Assembly: GCA_951406725.2 (NCBI GenBank)
Contig: OX597830.1
Coordinates: forward strand, 40,424,001 to 40,488,000
Reading direction: 5' to 3'
DNA length: 64,000 nucleotides
Origin: Octopus vulgaris
Taxonomy: Eukaryota
Shown: one piece after another, positions 39,323 through 54,186 of the stretch
Position numbering within the stretch: the first letter of the stretch is position 1
How the letters are laid out: each line of letters starts with the position of its first letter
The notes under the pieces: model-generated
Told to the model about the DNA's origin: nothing
What the model saw: only the letters and a program-made list of their open reading frames with translations
The model's database searches: none
Position numbers and translations under genes: made by a program

Positions 39323-39457
39323 CATATATACATATATATACATATATATACATATATATACATATATATACATATATATACATACATATATATACATATA
39401 TACATATATATAAATACATATATACATATATATATATACATATATATACATAGATAT

Positions 39458-39550
<93 letters not shown>
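39100..39550. repeat. Compound (TA)n/(TATACA)n then (GAT)n microsatellite
   Basis: Direct reading; source of the poly-YI/poly-H ORFs. Confidence 0.95.
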
Positions 39551-39551
<1 letters not shown>

Positions 39552-40084
39552 GCTGCATATGTACATCTATGCATACACACACATACACATAAACATATAT
39601 TATATACATATATGGGTGTATATGTACATATATACATATATATACACTCATATCTACTTTATACAATCCTAATACAAAAACACCCCCCACCCCCACAGGT
39701 AATGTAAACAAGTTAAACTAAGTCCATTATTCCAATTAAGATTATTCCCTGGTTTTGTTCTGGTGACTGTGGCTGTTTTTGAAGCAGTTCTAGATATAGC
39801 TTCATATATTTGCTATAAAGGACAAAGATAATAACTTCCGTAAGGTTTCTTTTGCAATTTAGCTAAGGATTAAAAAAAAAAAATTAAAAAAAGGAAAAAA
39901 GGTAAAGAGAAAATACAAAAAAAAAGAAAGGTCGATTGAATTCTACTGATCAAAAAACTATTTATATTGCTTACATATATTCCTACTGTATTTGTGTGTA
40001 TTATGTACATGTGTGTGTGTGTGTGTTTGTGTGTGTGTATGTATGTATGTATGTGTATCTCTCTCTCTCTTTCTGCTTTCTCTG

Positions 40085-40120
<36 letters not shown>

Positions 40121-41070
40121 CAAACAAATGCATCCACAAATATATACTAAAATAAAGACTGGAACTGATGGCAGTTGCAAATGTTTCATACATACATTTG
40201 ATAGCCGGATTATGCAGATGTGCTTCATGAGGGCACAGCTTGGATTATAATCCTTTCTGCATTTTATGTGTATATATTTCCAATAACCGTTTGACTTAGC
40301 TGTGTCAAACTGTTATTTAAAAAAAATATATGTAACTCTTGTCAAGAGTGCCAATTTCTTTTGTTTGTTTACTCACTTATGTATATTTGTATCTATAATC
40401 ATTATCATTATCATCATCATCATCATCATCATCATTTCACGTGCATTGTCCATGCTGGCATGGGTTGGATGGTTTGACCAGGGTTGGCATGGGAAACGGA
40501 TGTTAAAGGTTGATGATGATGATGATGATGATGATAGACATATTAGAAGAAGACCGATAAAGCCAAGCAAAATCACAGTCATGGCAAAATCACAGTGCCA
40601 CGCCAATGGCACCTGTGCCTGTGTCATGTAAAAGAACCTATTACACTCTCAGAGTGGTTGGCATTAAGAAGGGCATCCAGCCACAGAAACCATGCCAAAT
40701 CAGACTGGACCTTCCAGCTTGCCATATGTGTTAGAGCTCATAAAGGCAGATCTTTTGTAGCCAGATATCCTTGCTCTCACCAACCCATACCTGCTTTCCA
40801 AGCAAGGTAATATATTCCCATGGCCAGAAATGTTCTCAGAGAATATTGGAAATGAGTGACACTACTCATATGACAGTGACAATTGTTTACAACTATCATG
40901 CTACATCAAAATAAAAAGCAACAAACACACACACACATCTGTCCGTCCGTCCATCAATCCATCCATCCATCTATCTGTAGGTATATATGTATATATATGT
41001 ATACAGTGTAGTGTTCTCTGATGGTAAGATCAACAAAACTGTTCTCCATCTGGTAAGAAATAAATATTAT

Positions 41071-41260
41071 TTAATAAACACAGTTTATGTTTTTATGTGC
41101 TACTATTAGTTTCATGTGCCGAGAGCATGCCAAACAGTGTTTTTTTAACGTGTCTGGTGTCCTAGCAATCAAGACACCAGACATGTTAAAAAACACTGTC
41201 TGACATGCTTTCAGCACATGAAACTTATAGTAGCTCATAAATACATGTATTGTCTTTATC
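41071..41260. repeat. ~190 bp foldback (inverted repeat)
   Basis: ...gctactattagtttcatgtgc...aacgtgtctggtgt [13 nt] acaccagacatgtt...gcacatgaaacttatagtagc... Confidence 0.75.
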
Positions 41261-41821
41261 ACATAATATAAGAAGTCTGATCTTTAATCCTTCAAGCTTT
41301 CAGATTATTATTCTGTCAAATGTAATTCTTATTCATTCATATTGTTTGAAATGATTCTGCACCATCTCATAGCTTTGAGATCTTGATAATGTAATGGCTT
41401 ATTTTGAGAATGACATTGCAGGATAGGTGTGAGAGGCTGGATATGGCCAGTTTGACCATAAAACTTTTATAAGTAAGTCCCTAGGTGCAGCTTATATAGA
41501 GGAAACTTTCCAGAACTGGAAGGTTGCACAGTGGGGGCAAGTGACTTGAAGCAATTTCTACGAAGGGCTGAAAGCTTACAAAAGTGGCAGAAGGCTTGAA
41601 ATAACTTCCATAAAAGTGTAGCACTTTAGGTGTGGTTTCCATCAGTAGGTAGGCTGCAAGGGAAAATTTCCATAGCATAGCAGATTGCTGGGTGCAACTT
41701 CCACAAGAGGTAGGTTGCTAGGTGCAGTTTACATGAGTAAGCAAATTGCAAGCTGTAACTTCCAGAAGAGGCTGTTTGTTACCTATTCTTAGCACTATAT
41801 ACATACATATAAAAATATGCA

Positions 41822-41871
<50 letters not shown>

Positions 41872-41887
41872 TAGTGTGTGTGTGTGT

Positions 41888-41918
<31 letters not shown>

Positions 41919-43917
41919 TTGAAAAGACTGTACTAATTTGAATATTTGTAAGGGACAAGCTGACTGTGATTTGTGAAAAGATGCAGATTCACAAGTGAAT
42001 GTATGTGATGTGTTTAGCATCAGAGTGTTTACAAGAAATGAGAAACAGAGAAAGACAGGGGGATAGACATGCATATATATATATAGAGAGAGAGGGGGAG
42101 GGAGAAGGAGAGAGAGGGGGAGAGAGGGAGAAGGAGAGAGAGAGAGAAAGTGACTAAGTTAGACAGAATAATGATCATTAAAGAACAGAGTGTAAAAGTT
42201 TAAGTGAATGTGGCCCACAGCATAATGTTCTAAATACATATTTTGATCAAATAAAATCTCCCCCTACTCCCACCCCCACACTTCTCTGCTGTTTTACTAC
42301 AATTATTAGGTAAAAGTTCTAGAATAAAATATTTTTTTTTTAGACATCAAAAACAAAAAGTGCACTGGAAAACAAGAACTAATTATATACATACATACTT
42401 ACATTCATACATATGTACATACATGCACATACCCACACAAAACATATATATACATACAGACACACACACATATATATATACATACACACACATACATGCA
42501 TGTTCACACATATATATTTATACATACACACATATATTTGTGTGTATATCATGTATCTATATGAATATATATTTGCACATATATATATATATACACCCTT
42601 AACCCACCTTACACACACACACATATTACAGTTATGTGCATGTTTGTGTGCATGTGTATATGTGTGTGCATGTGTACACATATATACATATATATATATA
42701 CACATACAGTTATGTGCATATTTTTGCGCATGTGTGTATATGTGTGTGTACACATATATATATATACATGCATATATATATATGTGTACACACACACACA
42801 CATACACACACACACTCACACACACACATAGATATACATAATATACATATACACACACTGGTGCACACGGTCATATGCATCAGAGTGTGAAAAGATGATG
42901 CCACTGAACAGCGAAGAAGAAAAAACAAATTTTATGGAAAAAAAAAAAGTCAGGACACTTAAAGAAAGTAAATAAAAAAAAAAAAAACTAAAAAGACAAT
43001 TTTAATAGAATTTGAGTAAACGATGGGAAAGAAGAATCAAATTGATACAGAGAAATACGGTAAGTGAAAAACAATGATATAAAGAAAGAAGGGAAGAGAT
43101 GGGGGGGGATGGGGTGTCGACAGATGTAGATGGAGGTAGTGGTGGTGGTGGTGGTGGTAGTTCTGGTGGGAGAGAGTCTTGGAGATTTACTAAAATGGAT
43201 TGCATACATTTCCAAAAATTAATTTAATCAGGAGCAAATTAATTTTAATTTTAAAGATTCTTGATTCTAAAAAATTTAGTCTTTTAGAATATTTTACTGA
43301 ATTTTAATCTGTTAGCACAATTTCAATTTTACTCAACCCAAAACACAGGCATACATGTGTACATTCACACACAAACACACACATACACACATACATACAT
43401 ACATACATACATACATACATACATACATTACATACATTCATACATACATACATACATACATACATACATACATACATACATACATACATACATACATTCA
43501 TACATACATACATACATACATACTTACATACATACATACATACTTACACATAAATATATATTGTGTGTGTGTACTTATAAACACTAACATAGATAAACCT
43601 TGACCTCATGAAGAATAAGTCAGGGAGGGTGCATATTCATATACACAAGTATTTTATATATATATATATAATAAATCGTTTTTAATTATATAACCTAAAG
43701 CAGATTAAACTATAAATAACAAAATGTAACTATTATATTAAAAATGCTTTAGATGGGAGAAGTTAAAGGCTTCCCTTCAATTTTCCCATCCAAGGGATTT
43801 TTTTGACCTCAATCTTTACCTACTGTCTTTTATAGTTATATCTACTTTGAGTTCCACCATTAAAACGATTTATTCCATATCTCTTGAAGTTTCTGAACTC
43901 ATATGACATAAGCAATA

Positions 43918-44772
43918 TCTATATATATACTACTAATATAGGATGAAGTTTTTTTAGAGAAAAAAATTTCATCAAAAAAGTGGCAGCATACTAAAATACC
44001 TTTAAAGGTTAAAATTATAAACAAGGGCAAAGGAAAATTATTTCCATGCCAATATACTGATAACTGACTTTTAAATCATCAATTACCACATATCATTATA
44101 TACCCACTAAAGAAATACGTTGTGCTGAAATCAAGGAAAGCTAGCCAACAGAATTTTTTTTAAAGTTCGATATTTCCATATTGAATCAATTTAAAAGGAT
44201 TTAAAAGTCTGTTATCAGCATATTGGCATGGAAATAATTTTTCTTTTGCTCTTGTTTATAAGTTGTTTATAATTTTAACCCTTAAAGCTATTTTAATATG
44301 CTGCCACTTTTTGATGAAATTTTTTTCTCTAAAAAAACTTCATCCTATATTACTAGTAGATTTATTACTATTCGCTATAGGGAATGGTAACCACTATAAG
44401 CTGTGTTGGAGAACAGTTCACACGTGTGCTGAGGCTAACCAAAGGATTTTATATTTAGATATATCTGGGGTACTTATGTGTACTCATGACTTTTGCTTCA
44501 GCTTTTTTTTCCATGGGCACATATAAGTATTTCATTTATTTCTATTCGTATTTTCTACTGAAGAGGAAAAAATCTATGAGATTAATTCCAAAATTGATTC
44601 AATATAGGAATAACGAACTTTAAAAAAAAATTCTGTTGGCTAGCTTTCCTCGATTTCAGCACAACGTATTTCTGTAGTGGGTATGTAATAATATGTGGAA
44701 ATTGACGATTTAAAAGTCTGTTATCAGCATATTGGCATGGAAATAATTTTCTTTTGCCCTTGTTTATAAGTT
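43918..44772. repeat. Complex foldback element: A-B, then A', then B'-partial A'
   Basis: 43921-44078 inverted at 44198-44362; 44015-44192 inverted at 44591-44772. Confidence 0.8.
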
Positions 44773-44787
44773 GTATATATATATATA

Positions 44788-44831
<44 letters not shown>

Positions 44832-44832
44832 A

Positions 44833-45150
44833 AGGTGTGTAGCTTAGTGGTTAGGGCATTCAGCTCACAATTGTAAGGTTGTGAGTTCAATCCCTGGTGA
44901 TGCATTGTGTCCTTGAGCAAGATGCTTTATTTCATGCTGCTCCAGTCCACTCAGCTGGCAAAAATGAGTAGTACTTGTATTTCAAAGGGCCAGCCTTGTC
45001 ACACTCTGTGTCACGTATCTCTCTGAGAACTACGTTAAGGGTACACGTGTCTGTGGAATGCTCAGCCACTTGCATGTTAATTCCATGAAAAAGCTGTTCT
45101 GTTGAGTGTATCAGTTGGGACCCTCGCTGTCGTAACCAATAGAGTGCTCC
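44833..45150 (+). mobile_element. SINE family D, full length
   Basis: A-box tagcttagtgg, B-box gagttcaatcc, CORE-like segment. Confidence 0.75.
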
Positions 45151-45344
45151 TTTATGTATGTATATGCATATGCATGTGTGTGTGTGTTTGTGTGTGTGCA
45201 TGTGTGAAGAAATGACTTGTGGACAAGGTGGTTAGCTGGGAGCTCAATAAAAGTGAAAACAATCAGGTTTAGTATAACTCTAAGATAATAATAATAACAA
45301 TAACAACAATAATAATAATAATAATAATAATAGTAATGAAATAA

Positions 45345-45770
45345 TCCTTTCTGCTATAGGCACAAGGCCCGAAATTTAGGAGACAGAACAAGTTGATTAC
45401 ATCAGCCTCAGTGCTTGACTGGTGCTTGTTTTAGCAACCCCGAAAGGACAAAAGGCAAAGCTGACCTCGGCAAAATTTGAACTCAGAATGTAGAGACAGA
45501 TGAAATGTTGCTAAGTACTGTGTCCAGTATGCTAATGATTCTGCCAGCTTACTACTTTAGCAAGCTGGCAGAATTGTAAACACACCAGGCGAAATGTTTA
45601 GTAGTATTTCGTCTGTTGCTACATTCCGAGTTCAAATTCTGCTGGGATCAACTTTGTCTTTCATCCTTTTGGGGTCGATTAAATAAGTACCAGTTATGCA
45701 CCGGGGTCGATGTAATTGACTTAATCCCTTACCCCAAATTGGAGGCCGTGTACATCCAGTAGAAAGGATT
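45345..45770. mobile_element. Head-to-head SINE family B pair
   Basis: Minus copy ~45345-45555, plus copy ~45560-45770. Confidence 0.75.
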
Positions 45771-46231
45771 CTGCTAGCTTGCTGACTTGATAATGATAAT
45801 ACATGGTGATTGATCCAGTTTCACAGATGCTTGCCATTTCTGACTTTCCATCTCTGATCTCTCAAACAACTATTCAGTCTTGAAACAGATCTGCATTGTT
45901 TGAAGCACGGTGACAGATGAAATTTTCTGTCTACTGGATTCATCAAATCCCTTTGATGTCTTTTCAGGCATGAAATTGGCTTGGAAACTTTTCAGATATT
46001 ACACACATTGAATCACCTGGTCTAGAGGGGAGGACATTGAATACAGTTGGTATTTCATGGGACTTCAAATAGTTGGCATATTATATTCTTATTGATAATA
46101 ATATAATTCTTATTGTGATTGAAGATCACTGACCTATATTAGGGAGGCAACTATAGCTAACTCTAACTGTTTCTATTAAAGATCTTGCAATATTAATAAT
46201 AACATTAATACTAGTATTAAAACACTTTCAT

Positions 46232-46460
46232 AGATCTTGTAATTGTAGATGCCCAAATAACTGTCTTCTGAACAATATAAGCCTTGAAAAAGAATTGGTT
46301 TACAAGACTAATATCACTGATACAGATGGGACTACAAGAATTTACATTGAAATAACTGGAAATACTTTGAAGGAAAGATAAATGCAGCACATAGTTTTAT
46401 TTGGAGATAAGAATAAGACATACGTCTTTGTCTAATATGGTATGGAACCTTAAAAACTGA
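46232..46460 (+). pseudogene. Penelope-like element GIY-YIG endonuclease remnant
   Basis: RSCNCRCPNNCLLNNISLEKELVYKTNITDTDGTTRIYIEITGNTLKER*MQH.../TSLSNMVWNLK matches the PLE CNCR..CPL..VVY..YIG.T..FK.R..H..LS..W.LK pattern. Confidence 0.72.
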
Positions 46461-47035
46461 ATGCATTTATTGTGGCACCAGCACTTGTAAAGTCACCAAA
46501 TAACTTGCAAGTCAAGACCCCTTGACTCAGTGGGGGTATAGTATTGAGGGAAGTGGCTTTGAGCCAGATATTGTGAGACTAATGTATTGCAGAGGGACAA
46601 TAATAGGTATCTTGCTGTAGAGGATATACAGGACTACCCCAGCTGGAAAAGGATGAAGGATGATGGAAGCAAAGAGTCAGGACAAGGTACAAGAAAGTGG
46701 ATATAAGTGAGAGTAGGGACAGAGGATCAAAGCTGTGTGGAGAGATAGATTCACAAGGGTGTGAAAAAAGAATGACAGATGGAGACAGAAGTGAATGCAG
46801 TGAATGGTGAGCACAAGTGGTGGCATGGTCAATGGTGAATTTCAGTTTTGGTGGGGAAGGTAAAGAAAAATAGGAATGGATTTTATGAAGAAGAGGTGAT
46901 GTGTGGAATTAGATAAAGAGGGAGGAGGAAGGCAACAGTATATTAAAACTAACTGTATATACACATATGAGAGGGATGACCACTATGTGGACAACTTCTA
47001 GCATAAGGGTTGTCCCCATAGTGGTCATCCCTCTC

Positions 47036-47085
<50 letters not shown>

Positions 47086-47648
47086 AACAAGCAAACTAAA
47101 GCCAATACATTTCTGGATAAGATAAAGTGACATTTTAAAAAGCCAAAAAAAAAAACAAGAATCTGACATACAAAGACACACCAAAGATATAGAAACAAGA
47201 ATAATAACAATAACAACAACAATAATAAATAAATAAAAGTCAGTAAAAGAGTAAAAAAAGAAACTAACAAACAAAAGTCAATAAAAAAAAACTAAAAAAA
47301 ACAAGAAAACCAAACTGGAAATCAATTTAATTTCCTCTTCAAGTGTTAATTGATTGCAAAACTCTTGAATCAACAAAAGACAAAATAACTGTGTTTATGG
47401 TGAGATTTAGTCTGTGTCATTCCAGTGATTTGGAACACGCTAGGCTGACCACTATTTCAAAAATACATCTCATTTATTGTGGAAAAAGCTCTCAAAACTT
47501 TGAAAGATAAATCAATATAATTAAAACTCAATTCATAACTTTTTCTCTAAAATTCCTGCTGTATTTGCTTTTCCACCTCTCATTCTTTCTTTCTCTGGAT
47601 CATTCTCTCTGTTCCACTTTTTTTCTTTTTGCTATGTTCATCACTATT

Positions 47649-47688
<40 letters not shown>

Positions 47689-50600
47689 GTTATTTCTTCA
47701 ATGTTCTTTCTTCATCTCTCATCCTTTAATTCAGTCTAGAGGTCAGAGCTATTCTTTTATTTTTTAGTGTGAGTGTGTGTGTGTGTTCGTGTGCGTGTGT
47801 GTGTGAGCGTGCGTGTGTGTGTGTGCATGGTGGAGTTAATTTCTTTTACTTTCTGTTTCAGTCACTGAATTGTGACCATGCTAGAGCACCACCTTGTAGG
47901 ATTCAGTCCAAACAAATCAACCCCAGTACTTATTTCTTCTTAAGTCTTTTACTTATTCTGTCGATATCATTCATTGAACCACTAAGTTAGGGGCGATAAA
48001 CAAACCAACACCTGCTGTCAGGCAGCAGAGGGAGCAAACACAAAGACATACAATATATATATAATTTATATATATTCCCAATAGCTTGAGATCCAAGGGG
48101 TCACAACTATTTAATACAATGCCAAAACATCTGAGAGATCTACATGGAGTAGAGGTAGATGTTTCCAAGAATCAATTTGACCTCCTGCTTTCCAAGGTCC
48201 CAGATAAACCTACATCACAGCAAAAATCCAAAGGAGGCAGCAATATCGAATGCTAAACACATAAGAAAGGCCATGGGAAAGTGGATAACACTGACAGTGC
48301 CTTAGCATGGTCACAGTTTTGGGGTAGAAATGCATTAAAAAATAAAAGATGATGGGATTCCTCACAGTTTCCATGAAATTCACACACAAGGCATTGGTGA
48401 GACTGGGGCTGAAGTAAAAGAAATTTGCCCACAGTGACACACAGTGAGATTGAACCAAAAACTCTGTGGTTATAAAACAAGCTCCTTAACCCCACAGCCA
48501 TGCTGGCATTTGAGGATTTTTCTTTTTGTGTGTGTGTGTGTTTCCATATTATATTTTTAAATATGATTTTCTTTTCTTGATCACATCCTACTGCTATCTC
48601 CAGCCACCCAACTCACACCCCCAAACACAAAATTAAACAGATAAATAAATCAATATACAAATAAATATATGGTAAAATTTAGCTTTAAACAATAATATTA
48701 TTGAAAATGTCTTGTTTATTTTCGAAATGTTTACAGACTGCAGTTTTGCTACACTGACCGTCATCATTATAATCAACTGGTGACCCAGAAAGATGCAATT
48801 CTACATGTGAGTTATTCAAAAAGAAAACAAATAAAAACATGAACCATCTGAACTTGCTGAAAATAGTAATTATAATGGGAATGGAATTTTCTCAGGCATT
48901 TATAGCATAATGGTAAATGTGCAGTGACATCAATATAAGTAGTAAGGATTCAATGACCAGTTGAACCATTTCACTTAAATTTTTCTCCATGCCTGTAATA
49001 ATCTACTACAGCCAGAAAAACCACTGAAAGAGTTTCTATATGTTCCTTCAACCTGTAAGAAATAGCAGCCAAATCTCATTCAAATCACACCCACAGATTA
49101 GACACATATTCTTTGAGGTATCTCTAAATCATCATCATCGTCATCATTTAGTGTCCATCTTCCATGCTGGCATGGGTTGGATGGTTGGATGGTTTGACAG
49201 GATTCAATGGATCTGGGGACTGCAGTGAGCTCCTGTGTTTGCTTTGGTATGGTTTCTGCAGCTGGATGTCCTTCCTAATGCCGACCACTTTACAGAGTGT
49301 ACAGGGTGCTTTTTACATGGTACCAACCCAAATGAGATCATCAAGTAGCTTGATTGATGAAGGGTGCAGTATTGAGGGAAGTGGCTTTGTGTCAGGTGTT
49401 GAGAGGCAAGAAAGAGGCAAGAGAGGAGATACATGGCTACCCCAGCTGGAAAATGGGAGAAGATGGTGGTATTGAAGTTTCAGGACAGACCCTCTAGGTA
49501 CAAGAAGGTGAATGTGAGAGGGATGCATACAGGGGAACAGGTGAGATGGATAGGTGTTGAGAATCAGGTAAGTTTGCAAGAGTATGAATTGAACAAAAGA
49601 TGCGTAGGGGTAAGGAATATAACTGGAGGGCCTCTGATCATAGCTCTACTTAATCAGAGCTAGTTTAGGTCTTAGCAACAACAAACTAACCTAAATCAGA
49701 TTCTATTCAGAGCTTCCACTACCTTTGTTGACCCTTAAACAGCAGACATCATCAATTGATGTTCCATTAGAGAATAGTGGACTTCATCAATTAAGGTTTC
49801 AAAAATTTTACATGGATATGGTTGTAATTAAAGTAAATGGAATATTTTACAGCACTTTTAGATAATGTTTGGAAATTTTATTGTGCAAGTGATCAAGAAT
49901 TATTATAATTTTGGGCCTATTTACAGTGAAAATAAGCATAAAAATTACCTTCAAGAAAAAGAGGTATTTTTTGTCCATATGGCACATACATTCATGCAAC
50001 CCTTTCTTGTTGTTCAGATTTTGGTGTTAGGAAGAGCATCCAGCTGTAAAAACAATATCTATCTTCCAAGTCCTAGAAAAACCTTACAGTGGACACAGTA
50101 TGGCCATGCAAATGGCAAAACAAAAACATGTGGATCCTGAGCCAAGCGATAAACACTTTCACTCATCCACTTAGCCATTAAAACATCGCACCTGATCTTT
50201 ATAGATGGCAAAACGAAAAACTTTCTCATGTAGAAAGTGAAAGTACAGCAGGTAAATTATGAGACGAGGGAAGAGAGCAAAACTTCATTGGAATATATTA
50301 AAAGAGATATATGATATATATACAGCAATGAAGTCGAAAATATGTGGCTCCATCTCTACTATAACATTGATTGATGACTTAAGGGGCACATATGAGAATG
50401 TGTTTATGTGTATGTGGAGAAAGAAAGAAAGGAGGGAGGGAGGGAGAAGAAATATTAGATAAATCTCTGCTTACAATCAACACTTGCAATATTTCTTTCT
50501 TTCTTTCTTTCTTAATTTTATATTTTATTTTTATAATTCAATGCTTGTACATGTGTCTCACATCAAAGGTAGATGAAAAATAATGGGAAAATATGTGTTT

Positions 50601-52509
50601 TATAAGTGTGTATGTGTAGTTCTGTGTGTTCGTGTGTGTGTGTTTTGCATTTATGGTTGTACGTGCATATGTGTAGCAGCGTGTGCGTGTGTGTGTACGT
50701 GTGTGTGTAAATGGAATTCAGGGTAAGAACAAGCTTCAAATTGATAATAGAGTTAACAAGATAAACAAACGATCCACTTAGATGTTTGCAGCGAGGAAGA
50801 GAATCTTTCTTTTCTGTCTTTTTCTTTACCAATTTAAAAAAAAAATATATATATTATTTTTATTATTACACATTTTTTTTAATATTTAGCAGGAAAGACT
50901 GATAGCCACATTGACCAAAAACATGAAATAATCGTAAAAAAAAAAAAAAATGCGGAAAATCAAAGAATCGAAAGTGCTTTAACTGAAGTAAATTGGGTAT
51001 TTCATATCCTTGCAGGAAATACATTTTACAAAAACAGTCAACATACACATAGACGGTGCTTCTATGTAGTAACTAGACCATGCAGAAATAGTAGCCAAAT
51101 TTTCCTCAAATCACATCATGGAAGGGTATGATTTGGATAATGTAGCCTCAGCTATACATCATCGTCATCATCATCATCATCATTTAATGTCCAGTCTTCC
51201 ATGCATGCATGGGTAGGATAGTTGACAGGAGCTGGCCAGGTAGAAAAACTACCCATGGCTACTGTGTCAATTTTGGCAGGGTTTTTACAGTTGGATGCCC
51301 TTCTTAACACCAACCACTCTGCAGAGTGGACTCAGTGCTTTTTAGGTGGCACTAGCACAGGTGAGGTTAGCATTGGCATGGTTTTTACAGCTGGATGCCC
51401 TTCCAAATGCCAACCACTTTACAGTGTGGACTGGATGCTTTTCATGTGGCACCAGCACTGGCAGGGTCACCAGGTAACTCGCAAGACAAGGAATTTTAAG
51501 AGGGGCAGGTGGGAAGGTCATGGTACTATTCATGTCATTTTGGTTACTTTTTCTGATGAGGTGTAGTGCACCTGAGCACTATATACAATAAGATCATTTA
51601 TTTTATTATAGCTAACACCTTGTTGGTCTTCATTAACACCCGACCATACCTGTTATCAAAGGTATTCCAAACATACACCTTCTCATCCTTTTAGTAGTCA
51701 GTGTGTGTTTGGGACCACATTATCTGCTGTGTCCTTCAATTTGCAAAATGGCACTGTGCGATTTGAAGGAGATATGGCTGCTATTTCTTTCTGGCAAAGC
51801 TAGTACAGAGAGATTCATTTGTTATTTCATGAATGAATTTGTTGACTGATACCTTAGATCAGGTCTGCTCAATGAAGGCTTACCTGTGACAAAATGACAA
51901 CAACAGCATGTATGTTAGTGTGTGTGTGTATGTGTGTGTGTGTGTGTGTGTGCACGTATGTGTGTGTGTGGCTCAGTGGTTAGAGCATTGGGCTTACAAT
52001 TGTGAGGTAGTGAGTTTGATTCCCCGACCAGGCTCTGTGTTGTGTCCTTGAGCAAGACACTTTATTTCACGTTGCTCCAGTTCTCTCAGCTGTAGAAATG
52101 AGAGGTGACATCAATGGTGCTAACCTGTATCAGCCTTTGCCTTTCCCATGGACAACATCAGTGGTATGGAGAGGGGTAGGCTGATATGCACAGGCAACTG
52201 CTGGTCTTCCATAAACATCCTTGCTCGGACTTGTGCCTCAGAGGGGAACTTTCTAGGTGCAATCTCATGGTCAATCATGACTGAAGGGGGTCTTTACCTT
52301 TTTGTTCATTATATATATAATACAGTTATAGCTAGCTTGATAGTGGTCGCAGAAATGTTGAATGGCCAAGACTCAAATACAAAGATGAACTGAAGAACCA
52401 CCTTTTAGTAGTCATGAAACCTTTGAGCAAGTGGCCCCGGAACAAGACCACACCATTTGGAGTAAAGAATAGTCGATTTAAAAAAGTACCCTGTCTGATT
52501 GATATTTTA

Positions 52510-52660
52510 TTGGTTGGGTGATTAAGAAGCTTGCTTTGCAAACCATGTGGTTTTGGGTTCAGTCCCACTAAGCAGTACTTTGGGCAATTGTCTTGGGGTC
52601 ACAATGCTTTGAGAGTGAATTTGGTAGGGGAAAACTGCATGGAAGCCTGTATGAGTGTGA

Positions 52661-52693
<33 letters not shown>

Positions 52694-53000
52694 AGTGCAT
52701 GTGTGTGTGTGTATGAGTGCGTGTGTGTGTGTGAATGTGTGTGTGTGTGTGTACATGAGTGCTTAAGTGTCTTTGTGTTGGTATTTGTTCTGCATCACTA
52801 CTTGACAACTGGTGTTGGTTTGTTTACATCCTGGGACTTAGCAGCTTGGCAGAAGAGACCAATAGAATAAGTATCTAACTTAAGAAAAAAAGTAATGAAT
52901 TTGACTTGTTCAACTAAATATTTTTCAAAATAATGCCCCAGTATTGCCACAGTCCAATGACTGAAATGAGTGTAAGGAAGAAAAAAAGGTGAAAGATAAA
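52510..53000 (+). mobile_element. SINE family A, diverged
   Basis: Consensus match. Confidence 0.7.
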
Positions 53001-53688
53001 AGATGCAAAAATGAATGAAAGATAAACCTCACCCTGGCAATATTTGAACTCGAAATGTAATGGATCATAACTGATCGTACCTAATAATCAAAAGGTAATT
53101 TAAGTCCAGAATTTCACCAAAGAGGTGAGACAAAGGAGGAAACAAAATGAAAACAAGCCCATTTATTTTCAAACAAATCATTTGTTTATATTCAATGGTA
53201 CTAAGAAAAAAAAATAAAAATAATAACACAAATGAACAAAAAAAAGTATGATTAAAGTAAAAAAAACTAATAATTGAAAAGAGAAAAAGTATTTATATTT
53301 TTATTTTTATTTAAAAAAAAAGAGAGAGAGATTTAAAGAGGAAAATTACAAACAAAATAATCACAGCAGAGTTGAAACAAATTCTTTGAAAGTAGAATTT
53401 TTTGGTAAAATAGGGAAGAATAAAAGAAAGAATGGCAACGGAAAAAAATAAACAAAGTTAAATAAAAGACCAAACAATTTTCTTTCTTTTTTTGTTTTTG
53501 TTTCCCTATGTTGTGATAACTTCTGAATTTCAACAATGTAAAACTTTTACTGTAATCCACACAACAAGGGGTATATATTTTTTAAATCTAAAGGTTTATT
53601 CATTTAATTAATATACACAAGGTTATATAATTTTATATACATACATACACACACACATACATATATACATATATATATATACATATAT

Positions 53689-53722
<34 letters not shown>

Positions 53723-54186
53723 GTATATATGTATATATGCATAGATACACATAGAAGTTTGGTAGTACAAACAGGATAAATAGACTTGAAAAAACATGAA
53801 TGTCTGTTTCTTTTATTTTTTTAAAAATTCATATTTTTGTGATATTCTTATTTTAATCAGCAGAGGTTACAAAGTGACTCAAGTGCAGAGTGCTTTGTGG
53901 TAAGAAGCTTGCTTCCCAACCACATGATTCTGGGTTCAGTCCCACTGCGTGTCACCTTGAGCAAGTGTCTTCCACTATAGCCTTGGACCAGCCAAAGCCT
54001 TGTGAGTGGATTTGGTAGATAGAAACTGAAAAAAGCCCGTCGTATATATATATCATCATCATCATCATTGTTTAACGTCCATTTTCCATGCTAGCATGGG
54101 TTGGATGGTTTGACCGGGGTCTGGGAAGCCAGGAGGCTGCACCAGGCTCCAGTCTGATCTGGCAGTGTTTCTACAGCTGGATGCCA

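Noticed and set aside
38917-39711. Long YI/HT/CV-rich ORFs (and many similar ones across the window)
   Set aside because: Stop-free frames of TA/CA/GATA microsatellites.
48165-48213. Minus-strand KAGGQID as a possible upstream AARSD1 exon (FPEGGGQP)
   Set aside because: In-frame stop a few codons upstream, no EDT/FPE motif and no convincing splice sites.
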